Positions 12,417-24,969 of a stretch of DNA of 64,000 nt are shown one piece after another. Where the stretch lies: the NCBI GenBank assembly GCA_965220085.1, contig CBDCOZ010000002.1:32001-96000 (forward strand), in the 5' to 3' direction. The stretch's first letter is position 1, and every line of letters starts with the position of its first letter. Under the pieces are notes generated by a model. That model saw nothing but the letters and a program-made list of their open reading frames with translations, was not told the origin of the DNA and did no database searches. The position numbers and the translations under genes were made by a program. Source of the DNA: Candidatus Oxydemutatoraceae bacterium (GTDB taxonomy: Bacteria > Pseudomonadota > Gammaproteobacteria > Poriferisulfidales > Oxydemutatoraceae).

Positions 12417-13643
12417 ATGAAAGTGATTCATAAAACATGGGATATAGAAGCAGCTGTCAGGCGTGAAGGGAACATAAACCCTAGCCCCCAGTTCCAGAGA
12501 ACTCCGGTTTGGAGCGAAAAGAAAAACAAGTTACTACTCGACTCCATATTAAGATGTTACGACATTCCTAAAATCTATTTGAGGAAGGTTGAGGAAGGTG
12601 AATATGAATATGAAGTTGTGGATGGGCAACAGCGGTTGCGAGCCATCTGGAACTTTTTCAAAGACAAGTACGAATTAGGTGAAGAATCTGCAGATTTATT
12701 TGAGGGTTCTATTGCAGGAAAGAAGTATTCTGAGCTGAGCATTGAAGTAAAAGAGAAATTAGCACTATATGAGTTGTCTTTTACTATCGTCGAGGGTGCA
12801 TCGGAAGTTGAAATTAAAGATCTTTTTATGAGGATGCAGGAAGGGGTTCCCCTAAACCCTGCAGAAAAAAGAAATGCGATGTTGGGGGAAATGAGAAATT
12901 TTATTGCTGATTTAACATCGCATGAAGTCTTTACAATAATCCCTCTGGCAGATAAGAGGTATTCTTATGCTGATTGGATAGCCCACGTTGTTTGCTTGGA
13001 ATTAGCTAAAGGCCCTACAGATGTAAAAGCACCTGACTTGAAGAAAATGTATGAGGATGAAAAACGTTTCAAGAACGACTCTGGGAAAGCAAAAAAGGTG
13101 AAAAAAGTATTGGGGTATATGAAAAGGTGCTTTGATGAACAAGTGCCAGAACTAAATATAAAGTGGGGGTTTGTAGACCTTTACCTTCTAATCTCAATCT
13201 TAATGGAAGGCTATGTGATGCAAGACAAAAACTCAGCGTTTGGCGACTTCTACACGGGGTTTGAGCAGGGTAGAAGAGAGGTGGAAGATGAAGCCGACCT
13301 TCTTAACGGTAATTATTGGGAGAAAGATTTATACAACTATATTCAGGCTTTCAAAATAAGCGGTGGCATCCGAAAAAACATAGAAACTAGGAATAAAGTC
13401 TATACGAATAAATTTTTTAAGGACAATGAAGAGTTAGTCGCTAAAGACAATAAAAGAAGCTTTGACGAAAATCAGAAAACAGTTATTTGGCGTAGAGATG
13501 GAGGCAAGTGCAAACAGTGCGGAAAGAGTGTGGAGTATGAAGATATGCATGCTGATCATATAAAGCGTCACGCCGATGGGGGTAGTACAACCATTAAAAA
13601 TGGGCAGACTTTGTGTGCTCGCTGTAATCAGAGAAAAGGATGA
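12417..13643 (+). CDS. DUF262 (ParB-like NTPase) plus C-terminal HNH endonuclease; compact SspE/GmrSD-like restriction protein
   Basis: FQRTPVW and DGQQR motifs; C-terminal CxxC..DHI..GG.T..N...LC..CN..K. Confidence 0.85.
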   Translation: MKVIHKTWDIEAAVRREGNINPSPQFQRTPVWSEKKNKLLLDSILRCYDIPKIYLRKVEEGEYEYEVVDGQQRLRAIWNFFKDKYELGEESADLFEGSIAGKKYSELSIEVKEKLALYELSFTIVEGASEVEIKDLFMRMQEGVPLNPAEKRNAMLGEMRNFIADLTSHEVFTIIPLADKRYSYADWIAHVVCLELAKGPTDVKAPDLKKMYEDEKRFKNDSGKAKKVKKVLGYMKRCFDEQVPELNIKWGFVDLYLLISILMEGYVMQDKNSAFGDFYTGFEQGRREVEDEADLLNGNYWEKDLYNYIQAFKISGGIRKNIETRNKVYTNKFFKDNEELVAKDNKRSFDENQKTVIWRRDGGKCKQCGKSVEYEDMHADHIKRHADGGSTTIKNGQTLCARCNQRKG

Positions 13644-13803
13644 GAAATAGTTACAACCTCCAGATACTTATTTAGGGATTAACGTAACCTGACTAACAGG
13701 ACGGTTAATTTAGTAACAGTGATAGATTAGCGATTTAACTCAGTCCTAAGCTAAGAAGTAATCTGGCTTTAATCAAGTCACTAGGATATATTGTTATGCA
13801 GCT

Positions 13804-16230
13804 ATGAAAGAAGAACTATCAAAACTATTTGAAAAGCTTTATTGGGCCGAAACTGAAAATGATGTTGATACCATCATTTCAGATAACCCTGAAATCTTCC
13901 ATGAAGAAAACTGGGAGCCCTACGGTGGTAGCAAAAACAATTACTCCTTTATTGATAACCAGCAATCTAAACCTGTAGCTTCCTTAATCGAAAAACTTAC
14001 TAATTCCATTGACGCAATTTTAATGAGGCGTTGCCTTGAGGAAGGTATAGATCCAAAATCAAAAGATGCCCCACAATCTATTGATGAAGCCATACAGAAA
14101 TTTTTTCCTGATAATGAGCATTGGGATTTGTCCCACCGGCGTGATGAACAAGCAGAAAATATTCAAGTTATCGCACATGGCCCCAGAAACGAAACTTCCT
14201 TGGTTATTTATGATTATGGGGAAGGTCAAGAGCCTGAGATGCTTCCCGAAACATTATTGTCGCTGGGCAAGGGCAATAAGCAGAAAATCCACTTTGTGCA
14301 GGGGAAATACAATATGGGTGGCTCCGGCGCAATCATTTTTTGTGGAGATAAACGGTACCAACTTATTGCTTCAAAGAGGTATACAGGAGATAAGCCGTTC
14401 GGGTTTACCCTCGTTCGCCCGCACCCGCTAAATAAAAAAGAGGAGTCCGAATACAAAAGCACTTGGTATGAGTACCTAACAGTTGATGGTGAAATTCCTA
14501 GCTTTCCAATAACAGAACTTGACCTTGGGCTTAGGGGAAGGAAATTCACAACAGGGACAATCATCAAGTTGTATTCCTACCAGTTGCCTACAGGCTCTAA
14601 GTCAGTTATATCTCGTGATTTAAATTTGAGTCTAAATGAACATCTATTTGAACCTGCCCTTCCCATATTTACAATAGATAACAACAAACGTTACCCTAAA
14701 GATCAAAACCCCGAACGCTCTCTTTACGGACTAAAGAGACGCTTAGACGATAGCTCTGGCAAATACATAGAAGAAACCTTCTCTGAGGAAGTGTCAGATT
14801 GGGGTGGTTTCAAGATAAGTTGCTACATTTTCAAATTTCAAGTTGAGGGTAAAAATGCTAAAGAAAGCAGAGGAACCATACGCAGAGAATTTTTTAAGAA
14901 CAATATGTCGGTTCTATTCTCGATGAATGGTCAAGTACATGGTCATTTCACCCGTGAATTTATAACAAGGGCTCTCAAGTTTAATTTGCTACAAAACCAC
15001 CTGCTGATCCATGTGGACTGTACAAGCCTCAACTCAAATATTCGCAATAGGCTGTTCATGGCATCTAGAGACAGACTTGCCGAAGGCAAAGAAACACAAG
15101 AGTTAAGGGCCAAGATTACAGAAGTACTAAAAAACAGTCGGTTAAAGGAAATACACCATGAATATCGATCAAAACTAATTAGTGGCGATGGAGAAGAGAC
15201 AAAAAAGATTCTTACTGATTTTAGCGAGAATCTTCCCCTGACTCCTGAATTAACAAAACTGCTAAAACAAACACTTAATATCCAAGCCAAAGATAAATCT
15301 AGGAATAAGAGTGGTGCAGGGAAAAAGTCAAGGTCAAAAAAAGAGCCTGCTCCCTTCAACGGCGAACGTTATCCGGCAAAGTTCAAGATTCAGGCAAAAC
15401 AACAAGAAGATGAGCTCCCTCTGATACAAATCCCGAAAGGAAAAGAACGGACAATCCAATTTGAAACTGATGTTGAAGATAGTTATTTTGATCGCGACGA
15501 TGACCCGGGGGAATTCAAATTAGCCTTTTTAGGTTATCGTTCAAACGGAGGTGGCGGAGGTGGGCTTCCTCAGCCAACAGAAATTACAGACTTGTTATCC
15601 GTGTCTAAAGCAAGTCCGAGCAAAGGTATCATCAGACTACATACCAAAGCCCGCAAGGATATTCCGGTAGGCACCTCAATAAAGGTTCAGGCGACCCTTA
15701 CTAACCCTGGGGAACAAGATGGAGACTTTGAAGAGACTTTCTTCGTTAAAGTCATAGATAGCCAGAAACAAGACAAGAAGCCTAAAGAAGCCAGTGAACC
15801 AAATATTGGGCTCCCAGCCCTTGTGGAAGTAGTAGAAAAGGAAGGAGAAAATTCAAATGCTAGAACATGGGATGAGTTAGAGGGATCCGGTATATCGTTT
15901 GATGCTGACACAATTATGTATCCTCTTGTTGAGGAGGATAAATTGACCCATATCTACATTAATATGGATAGTCATGTTCTACATCGTTTCAACCAGAAAC
16001 AAAGTAATTCGGACCAAGTGTCAATTGCACGTAAACACTATCTCACCTCGGTCTACTTCCATACTTTGTTCTTATATACAACTAGCAAGAAATTGAAGTT
16101 TGATGTAAAAAATGAAAGTGGCGACAGTGTAGATTTAAGTGAATATCTTGTAGGGCTTTTTAATGAAAGTTATGCAAGCTTCTTGGTCAACTTTAGAATT
16201 TCCCAGCTTTTGGAAAGCATTGAAGATTAG
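13804..16230 (+). CDS. GHKL (MORC/MutL-like) ATPase domain protein
   Basis: Bergerat motifs EKLTNSIDA, DYGEG, GKYNMGG, GT; long unrecognised C-terminal region. Confidence 0.8.
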   Translation: MKEELSKLFEKLYWAETENDVDTIISDNPEIFHEENWEPYGGSKNNYSFIDNQQSKPVASLIEKLTNSIDAILMRRCLEEGIDPKSKDAPQSIDEAIQKFFPDNEHWDLSHRRDEQAENIQVIAHGPRNETSLVIYDYGEGQEPEMLPETLLSLGKGNKQKIHFVQGKYNMGGSGAIIFCGDKRYQLIASKRYTGDKPFGFTLVRPHPLNKKEESEYKSTWYEYLTVDGEIPSFPITELDLGLRGRKFTTGTIIKLYSYQLPTGSKSVISRDLNLSLNEHLFEPALPIFTIDNNKRYPKDQNPERSLYGLKRRLDDSSGKYIEETFSEEVSDWGGFKISCYIFKFQVEGKNAKESRGTIRREFFKNNMSVLFSMNGQVHGHFTREFITRALKFNLLQNHLLIHVDCTSLNSNIRNRLFMASRDRLAEGKETQELRAKITEVLKNSRLKEIHHEYRSKLISGDGEETKKILTDFSENLPLTPELTKLLKQTLNIQAKDKSRNKSGAGKKSRSKKEPAPFNGERYPAKFKIQAKQQEDELPLIQIPKGKERTIQFETDVEDSYFDRDDDPGEFKLAFLGYRSNGGGGGGLPQPTEITDLLSVSKASPSKGIIRLHTKARKDIPVGTSIKVQATLTNPGEQDGDFEETFFVKVIDSQKQDKKPKEASEPNIGLPALVEVVEKEGENSNARTWDELEGSGISFDADTIMYPLVEEDKLTHIYINMDSHVLHRFNQKQSNSDQVSIARKHYLTSVYFHTLFLYTTSKKLKFDVKNESGDSVDLSEYLVGLFNESYASFLVNFRISQLLESIED

Positions 16231-16727
16231 GCGTTGGTTTGTTGCTTCTTGCTTTCCGCCTGTTCAATAAGCTCAGAAAAATGCTCCTTTATTAGGTCAT
16301 TAGATATTGCTGAAGGAGTACCTTTTTCTTCCTTTGTTATCGCCCACGGCGTTCCTTCGGCATGGGTAAGTGCCGACAGTTGGAGTCCCCTGAGATGCTT
16401 GTAACCTTTATAGACTTGCCCGATTAAACCTTCTTCGTCACTACCAAGCCTTGCTGAGTCCGCAGGCGTTGATACGGCATCAAGCGGAACCGGCTTGTGC
16501 CGATAACTCTTAACCCTCTCGTACAACTCCGCAACGACCGGCCCGTACGGCCAGGCGACGACATCTTCCTTGATAAGTTCCCGACCATAAAGTCCCAACA
16601 TCCATCCGTGGCACAGATAGACAAGTTTCAGGATCTGCATCGGGCGAAGCATCTTATCATCTTGATTGGCAATCTCAATTAACCGGTGTGCGATTCTTAT
16701 TGAGCTATGCTTAGTTGAGTTGTTCAT
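16227..16727 (-). CDS. Panacea (DUF4065/SocA-like) antitoxin
   Basis: KLVY..HG..L..AW.YGPV..L...TH...PW signature. Confidence 0.88.
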   Translation of the reverse strand: MNNSTKHSSIRIAHRLIEIANQDDKMLRPMQILKLVYLCHGWMLGLYGRELIKEDVVAWPYGPVVAELYERVKSYRHKPVPLDAVSTPADSARLGSDEEGLIGQVYKGYKHLRGLQLSALTHAEGTPWAITKEEKGTPSAISNDLIKEHFSELIEQAESKKQQTNA

Positions 16728-16912
16728 GGTTTCCCTCCTTCAGAGTGAGGCGGAAGTGTACTGATAAAAAGATCTCTGTCAATACCCCTGACTCTATATA
16801 TAACTATACACTATCGCTACAGTGCGGCCTGCGGCGCGGGTTTGCAGGCCTGCACTTCTTTGATCATGCCCAGAATCCGGCGCTGATGCTTTATGAACCG
16901 CATTGCATAAGT

Positions 16913-16942
16913 TTGACAAAGAGAGCATAAAAACATTATCCT
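16913..16942 (+). promoter_or_regulatory. Putative sigma70 promoter of the ATPase operon
   Basis: TTGACA-18 nt-TATCCT upstream of ATG 16978. Confidence 0.4.
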
Positions 16943-16977
16943 AAACCAGAATCGAAACAGGCTATACTAAAACTGCT

Positions 16978-18300
16978 ATGTATATAACAAAAATTACTCT
17001 TAAGAATGTCCGGTGCTTCAAGGAGGTCGAAATGGACCTCAGCGGCAACGGTTCCTTGGGCATGTCCGCACTGATTACGGGCAATAATGGAGTGGGGAAA
17101 TCTTCCATCCTGCGCGCAATTGCCATGGGCTTGTGCGACCGCGGCAGCGCCGATGCTTTGTTAAGAGAGTTAGAGGGAAATTATGTAAGAAAAGGAACCG
17201 AAGAGAAAGGCGGCAAGAAAGAAGCAAAAGTTAAAATCGGGCTAAAGAACAATCGCAATAAGTGGAGCACGGAAACAACCTTTACAGAAGAAAAGGAATC
17301 TGTCATTGAAGCAATCACGCAGGTGGTTAAGAAGAATGGCAAAAAAATATCAAAAGAGGCGCCTTTGTGGAAAGAGTTGTTTTTAATAGCTTACGGGGCG
17401 GGCTTGCGAACACAAGGGACAGCCAAGTACTCAAATTACTTTGCGCCCGATGCGGTTTATTCTTTGTTTAAGTATGACACTCCTCCGCAGGATCCGGAGC
17501 TTGCATGGAGACGGTTACGTGCAGCCGAAGCACAATCCCGGAACGGAACGGGCAGAACAGACAAGCTCGTCAAAGGCTTGCTAAAACATATTCTTGACTT
17601 AGAAGAGGACTCGGAAATAACGCTAGATCCGGATGGCATTTATATGAGGCAACACGGGGAAACGAAACCTCTGGATTCTGTCGGCGATGGTCATAAGTCT
17701 CTCGTCACACTGACCCTTGATATTTTATTATGGTATTTGCTTAAAATTAATGATAGCGAGACGGAGGGAGAAAAACGTCGTTGGAAACCCTTGCCTCTGG
17801 ACAAAGACAGCATTTTAAATGCCAAAGGAATCGTTATTATCGATGAAGTTGAACAGCACCTGCACCCCAAACTACAGCGTGAAATTCTAGGGCGACTCAA
17901 TGAGAAGTTTCCAAAAATTCAATTTATTATCGCAACACATTCGCCCTTATGTGTTACCGGAACAGCTGATGTTAGTGATGGGTACAAAATATTTAGCGTG
18001 GCTTACGACGAAGATGATGAAACTACAGAAATTAATTCTGAGCCTGTTCCCCAAGGGCTATTTGCGCACCAAGTGTTGCTCGACTATTTTGGTTTGCCAA
18101 CCACGTTGAGTGCTTCTTTAGGGGAGAAATATGAAAGGATGAATGAACTGTTTTTAAAAAATAAGCGCAACTCTAAAGAAGACAAAGAATATAAAAGACT
18201 CAAAAAGGAAATTAATGAGATTTCCCCAACATTGGGAGAGAGCATGAAAGAGCGTGAACTAAATAAACGTCTTGATGCTCGTATTAAGAAAATATTGTAG
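16978..18300 (+). CDS. ABC/AAA_21-type ATPase, Septu PtuA-like
   Basis: Walker A GNNGVGKS, AYGAGL, signature-like GDG, Walker B IIDEVEQHLHP, His switch THSP. Confidence 0.85.
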   Translation: MYITKITLKNVRCFKEVEMDLSGNGSLGMSALITGNNGVGKSSILRAIAMGLCDRGSADALLRELEGNYVRKGTEEKGGKKEAKVKIGLKNNRNKWSTETTFTEEKESVIEAITQVVKKNGKKISKEAPLWKELFLIAYGAGLRTQGTAKYSNYFAPDAVYSLFKYDTPPQDPELAWRRLRAAEAQSRNGTGRTDKLVKGLLKHILDLEEDSEITLDPDGIYMRQHGETKPLDSVGDGHKSLVTLTLDILLWYLLKINDSETEGEKRRWKPLPLDKDSILNAKGIVIIDEVEQHLHPKLQREILGRLNEKFPKIQFIIATHSPLCVTGTADVSDGYKIFSVAYDEDDETTEINSEPVPQGLFAHQVLLDYFGLPTTLSASLGEKYERMNELFLKNKRNSKEDKEYKRLKKEINEISPTLGESMKERELNKRLDARIKKIL

Positions 18301-18311
18301 CAAGAGAAACA

Positions 18312-18910
18312 GTGATAAAGGTTGATAAGAAAAATTGCCCCCCTAAACTTCGGGAGACATTAGAGGAATACCAAAAGAAGGAACTAACCAAAAGACCAAA
18401 AAAGTTTAAAAATCGTTGGGGAAAAGCTAAAAAAGTAAAGATGAAAAGAAGCGCGCCAGAGGCAAACGCTCTTCTATAAAAAGAGAAGAACCTCTTTTGT
18501 TAAATCCCGCTATTGATGATGGGGAAAAATATTTTGATTATGAATGGGATGATGAAATTTTCACTGTGAAAATTAAACCTAAAACAGACATCGGCAGGGC
18601 AAAAAAGGATAGGGCAGAAAAGACAATAGACATCTTGGGGTTAAACCGTGGCGCACATCCCAGAGAAAGTGGCAACGATAAAGACCATCTTCTTGCAGAA
18701 AGAGGAAACATTTTAAAAGCAGTTTCAGTACTCTGTCGTTTGATAATAAAAAACAAAATAAATGGTGGCAATGATTTGAATCTGCTTAAAGAAGACTTAG
18801 AGGAACTTAAAGACATGGCATCACCAAAAAGCGAATTCTCAGGTTTTGTAAGATTTTTTCTTAAACTTAAGCATCCTGATTTATACGAAAAGCATGTTGA
18901 ATCAGGATAG
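18312..18910 (+). pseudogene. PtuB/TIGR02646-like HNH gene with internal deletion and frameshift
   Basis: GTG-MIKVDK..W N-terminus stops at ~18478. The C-terminal part (EPLLLNP..DD..RAEKTIDILGLNR..L...R) is in another frame. No CxxC/HNH core lies between them. Confidence 0.7.
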
Positions 18911-20060
18911 AATCAAGTCAATCAAACGCCTTCCCGCATTCATATACGACGAAGTTGAAATCACAAAAGCCTGCCAAAGGCTGAATCGTCTTTTTAGCCG
19001 GATAGGAGTTTCTCAATTATTCCCGCTTAAATGCCACAGCGTCTATGGCTCTTTGAACATCATTGCCAAACATGTTGATGGCTTTGCCGTCAGTTCTTTG
19101 TTTGAAGCGCAACTGGCAAGAGACATTCTTGATACGGCGCAAAAGGTTCACCTCACCAGCCCGAGCCTGCAAGACCAAGAGACAGAAACTTTGTTATCGT
19201 TGTGCGATAGCGTATCTTTTAACTCTCTCTCTCAGTGGGAGCGCTGTAAGAAAAGCGTTCTCGGAAAAATACAGTGCGGCCTGCGGATTAATCCGCAGTT
19301 GTCTTTTATAAAGGATGACCGATACAACCCGTGCAGACCCAATTCCCGATTAGGCATCCCTCTGCAACATCTCAAGCGACTCTTTGAGTCAAACCCCAAA
19401 TTATTCGAGAACATAGAAGGGCTGCATTTCCATACGAACTGTGACTCGCAAGACTTAACCCCCCTGTTAAAAACCATTCAACGCCTTGATAAACACATTC
19501 CGGGATTGCTGGAACAAAGCCGGCACATTAATCTTGGGGGAGGATACCTGCTTGAAGAGAATGATGATACCGCTCCCCTTTGTGAAGGCGTACGACTGTT
19601 GCAGGATAAACACAATCTCAAGGTGATCATTGAGCCCGGCGCCGGGCTGGTTCAAGACAAATGTTATCTCGTTGCCCAAGTGACAGACATTTTTGATTCG
19701 GAAAGCGAAAAAGTAGCCATCCTAAATACCACGGTGAATCATATGCCGGAGGTTTTTGAATACCAATTTAGCCCTGACATCGCAGGGAGCGCGGGCAAGG
19801 CCGGACGCCACACATATATATTGGGAGGGGCTACCTGTCTGGCGGGTGATGTGTTCGGAATGTACGCTTTTGACACCCCTTTGGCTATCGGATCACGCGT
19901 AATTTTTACTGGCGTTGGGGCTTATACTCTTGTAAAATCACACATGTTTAACGGCATCAATCTGCCCGCAATTTACGCCCTCACAGCAGAAGCGGAACTT
20001 AAATTCAAAAAGGGTTATGGTTATGACGATTTCAAAAACAGATGCGGGGGGAAGCGCTAA
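18894..20060 (+). CDS. PLP-dependent decarboxylase, carboxynorspermidine decarboxylase (NspC)-like
   Basis: PLK (PLP lysine), SSLFEA, GLRINP..YNPC..SRLG, GLHFH, NLGGG, IEPG, TCLAGD, YTLVK..FNG. Confidence 0.85.
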   Translation: MLNQDRIKSIKRLPAFIYDEVEITKACQRLNRLFSRIGVSQLFPLKCHSVYGSLNIIAKHVDGFAVSSLFEAQLARDILDTAQKVHLTSPSLQDQETETLLSLCDSVSFNSLSQWERCKKSVLGKIQCGLRINPQLSFIKDDRYNPCRPNSRLGIPLQHLKRLFESNPKLFENIEGLHFHTNCDSQDLTPLLKTIQRLDKHIPGLLEQSRHINLGGGYLLEENDDTAPLCEGVRLLQDKHNLKVIIEPGAGLVQDKCYLVAQVTDIFDSESEKVAILNTTVNHMPEVFEYQFSPDIAGSAGKAGRHTYILGGATCLAGDVFGMYAFDTPLAIGSRVIFTGVGAYTLVKSHMFNGINLPAIYALTAEAELKFKKGYGYDDFKNRCGGKR

Positions 20061-20062
20061 AA

Positions 20063-21454
20063 ATGAAAATCTTTGAACAACAACTGCGGCTGCCCAAAGA
20101 GGCGGACGACCGCTTAATCGGTTATTTTGCCAGAGCGGTGCGCGAGTCGCTGCCCTCTCATCAACACCCGATTAGGTTTGCCGTCACTCAGTCCCGCGAT
20201 GCCTTCTATGACATAGAGTTGGGGGTTTTGGAATCCGCAGAGCATTCCGTTGATTCTATATTTTCATTTAAGAAGCGCGCCACAGAAAACACGAGCGCTT
20301 TCAATGCGGCTATGTTGGTGCCCACCGGGATCGGTTCTGCGATCGGCGGTCATGCCGGCGATGCGGCTCCGGTTTCCAGGCTCTTGGCTTCTTGCTGCGA
20401 CAATCTCATCACGCATCCCAATGTCGTGAATGCTTCGGACATCAATGAAATGTCCGACAACACGCTGTATGCGGAGGGCAGCGTTATCTGCCGTTTGCTG
20501 ATGGGAACCATCGGGTTGCAAAAGGTTCGCTCCAATCGCATGCTGGCAATCATAGAAAAGCATCCCAGCGATGACCTGTTTGTCAATGCCGCCATCAATG
20601 CCATCAATGCCGCGCGCGCATCCGCCGGGCTGCATTGCGAAGACATTATCATACTGGACCCCGCCATGAGTCTCATCGCGGAATACGCCCCGTCCGGCAG
20701 AGCGACCGGCAGGGTTGAGGGAATGGAGCATCTCCTTTCTCATCTGGAAAAGCGCAACGAACGGTATGACAACATCGCCATCTCTTCCATCATTAAAATA
20801 CCGGATAGCAAACTGCACTCAGAATATTTTAGAAGCGGCGGCGATATGGTAAACCCTTGGGGAGGCGTCGAAGCCATCTTTACGCACGCTATCGCCGCGG
20901 TGTTTAACAAGCAAGCCGCCCATTCCCCGATGATAGAAAATCAACTGGTGTCCAACATGGATGTCGGTATCGTCGATGCGCGGCAAGCGGCGGAAGCCGT
21001 GTCGTTTACGTACATGCAATGTATCCTCAAAGGGTTGCAACGCGCGCCAAAGATCGTAACCGACGAGCAAGCGATGCGGTATCCGGATGTGGTTACGGCC
21101 AGAGACATATCTTGTTTGGTCATGCCGGACAACTGCATAGGGCTGCCTGCTTTGGCCGCATTGGAGCAAGGCATTCCGGTCATTGCGGTCAGAGACAACA
21201 AAAATATCATGCAAAACGATTTGAAGACGTTGCCATGGGCGAAGGGTCAACTCTACATGGCGGAAAACTATTTGGAAGCGGCGGGCATTATGACGGCTTT
21301 GAAAAATGGGATGCCCATCAGCGCTCTCAAACGCCCGCTTAAAAATGCGCAAATACTTGACCGGGCAGAAGAGCTCGCAACAAAAAGCATCAGCAGTGGC
21401 GACCCTAAAAAGGGGAGCGCGGACATCAAACCCTCTTCCGCGCGAAGCAAGTAA
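20063..21454 (+). CDS. DUF3326 family protein with N-terminal extension
   Basis: VPTGIGSAIGGHAGDA, ITHPNVVNA, YAEG, GGVEA..H, AHSP, AAE, GL..AP motifs. Confidence 0.8.
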   Translation: MKIFEQQLRLPKEADDRLIGYFARAVRESLPSHQHPIRFAVTQSRDAFYDIELGVLESAEHSVDSIFSFKKRATENTSAFNAAMLVPTGIGSAIGGHAGDAAPVSRLLASCCDNLITHPNVVNASDINEMSDNTLYAEGSVICRLLMGTIGLQKVRSNRMLAIIEKHPSDDLFVNAAINAINAARASAGLHCEDIIILDPAMSLIAEYAPSGRATGRVEGMEHLLSHLEKRNERYDNIAISSIIKIPDSKLHSEYFRSGGDMVNPWGGVEAIFTHAIAAVFNKQAAHSPMIENQLVSNMDVGIVDARQAAEAVSFTYMQCILKGLQRAPKIVTDEQAMRYPDVVTARDISCLVMPDNCIGLPALAALEQGIPVIAVRDNKNIMQNDLKTLPWAKGQLYMAENYLEAAGIMTALKNGMPISALKRPLKNAQILDRAEELATKSISSGDPKKGSADIKPSSARSK

Positions 21455-21891
21455 CGGCTCCTGTCTGACAACACTCCGCCAATCACAAAGCGTTCAACAC
21501 GCATGTAACTCGCCTTCGTTTTAAGGGGGCTTCGTTCCGCCTTTGCGGCGAGTTCAGGACCGCGCGTCCGGAGTATTAGATGTTACTGAGCGGACACCTC
21601 CGTGATTCTCACTCGCAGGCTCCCGGCAACGACACATGAATTACGTTGCGCGCGCTATCATCCTCTCCCACACTCGCATGCGCACCGCACACTACTTATT
21701 AAGTGGCAGGCGACGCGGGTTTGTTGGCATGCGCTTCGTCAATCATCGCGGCGAGGTTGTTCTCGCTCGCATGCGCACCGCACACCACGCATTATTAATG
21801 CGGCAGGCGTCGCGGGTTTGTTGGCATGCGCTTCGTCAATCATCGCGGCGAGGTTGTTCTCGCTCGCATGCGCATCGCACACCACGCATTA

Positions 21892-24410
<2,519 letters not shown>

Positions 24411-24519
24411 TCAGACATCAACTCTCAGGCATTAAGATAATACACGATGGGCATCCCCTCTTCATCTTGCCACATGCGAAGGGAACATTTTTGGCAGAAC
24501 CGACAGACGGGGCGACGCG

Positions 24520-24963
24520 CTATTCGCCCGCCAATTTTTGCTTGATCCGGCGGCTCACGTCCGCCATGTCAATCCGCCCTTTGGCATGGGCCTTGACCCA
24601 CCCGATCGCCTTGCCCATATCCTTCGTCTCGGCGGCGCCGGTTTGCGCAAACGCCTGCTCGATCAGGGCGGCGACTTCCTCCGCGCCGAGTGCGGCGGGC
24701 AGGTGGCTCAAGATCACTTCGTGCTCGTATTTCTCCTGCGCAAACAAATCATCGCGCTTGGCCTTCTTGAAGTGCTTCATGGATTCCTGTCGCTGCTTCG
24801 CCATCTTCTCAAGCACCGCAAACGCCCCGTCTTCGGTGAGCTCCTTTTGCGAGTCTATCTCCTTGCGCTTGAGTTCGGATATCATCAGCCGCAAGATGCC
24901 GACGCGGTTTTTGTCACCGGCCTTGAGCGCGGTTTTGACCTCATCCATCAAGCGGGATTTCAT
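24520..24963 (-). CDS. yqeY: GatB/YqeY domain protein
   Basis: K.ALKA.DK..KQRQES...F..R.DL..KDMGK pattern; lies downstream of rpsU. Confidence 0.9.
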   Translation of the reverse strand: MKSRLMDEVKTALKAGDKNRVGILRLMISELKRKEIDSQKELTEDGAFAVLEKMAKQRQESMKHFKKAKRDDLFAQEKYEHEVILSHLPAALGAEEVAALIEQAFAQTGAAETKDMGKAIGWVKAHAKGRIDMADVSRRIKQKLAGE

Positions 24964-24969
24964 CGGGCG

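Larger units (their letters stand above)
7100..21600. other. Defence island between katG and hemE (no integrase seen)
   Basis: Visibly AT-richer than the flanks and dense in defence-type genes; boundaries are approximate. Confidence 0.7.

Noticed and set aside
16730-18910. Retron (type I-A ATPase+HNH)
   Set aside because: No reverse transcriptase; the upstream region has only a short hairpin (~16826-16851), not a recognisable msr-msd.
21455-21600. Integron attC site or structured RNA at the island edge
   Set aside because: An inverted repeat (AACTCGCC..GGCGAGTT) exists, but canonical R boxes, a second copy and an integrase are lacking.
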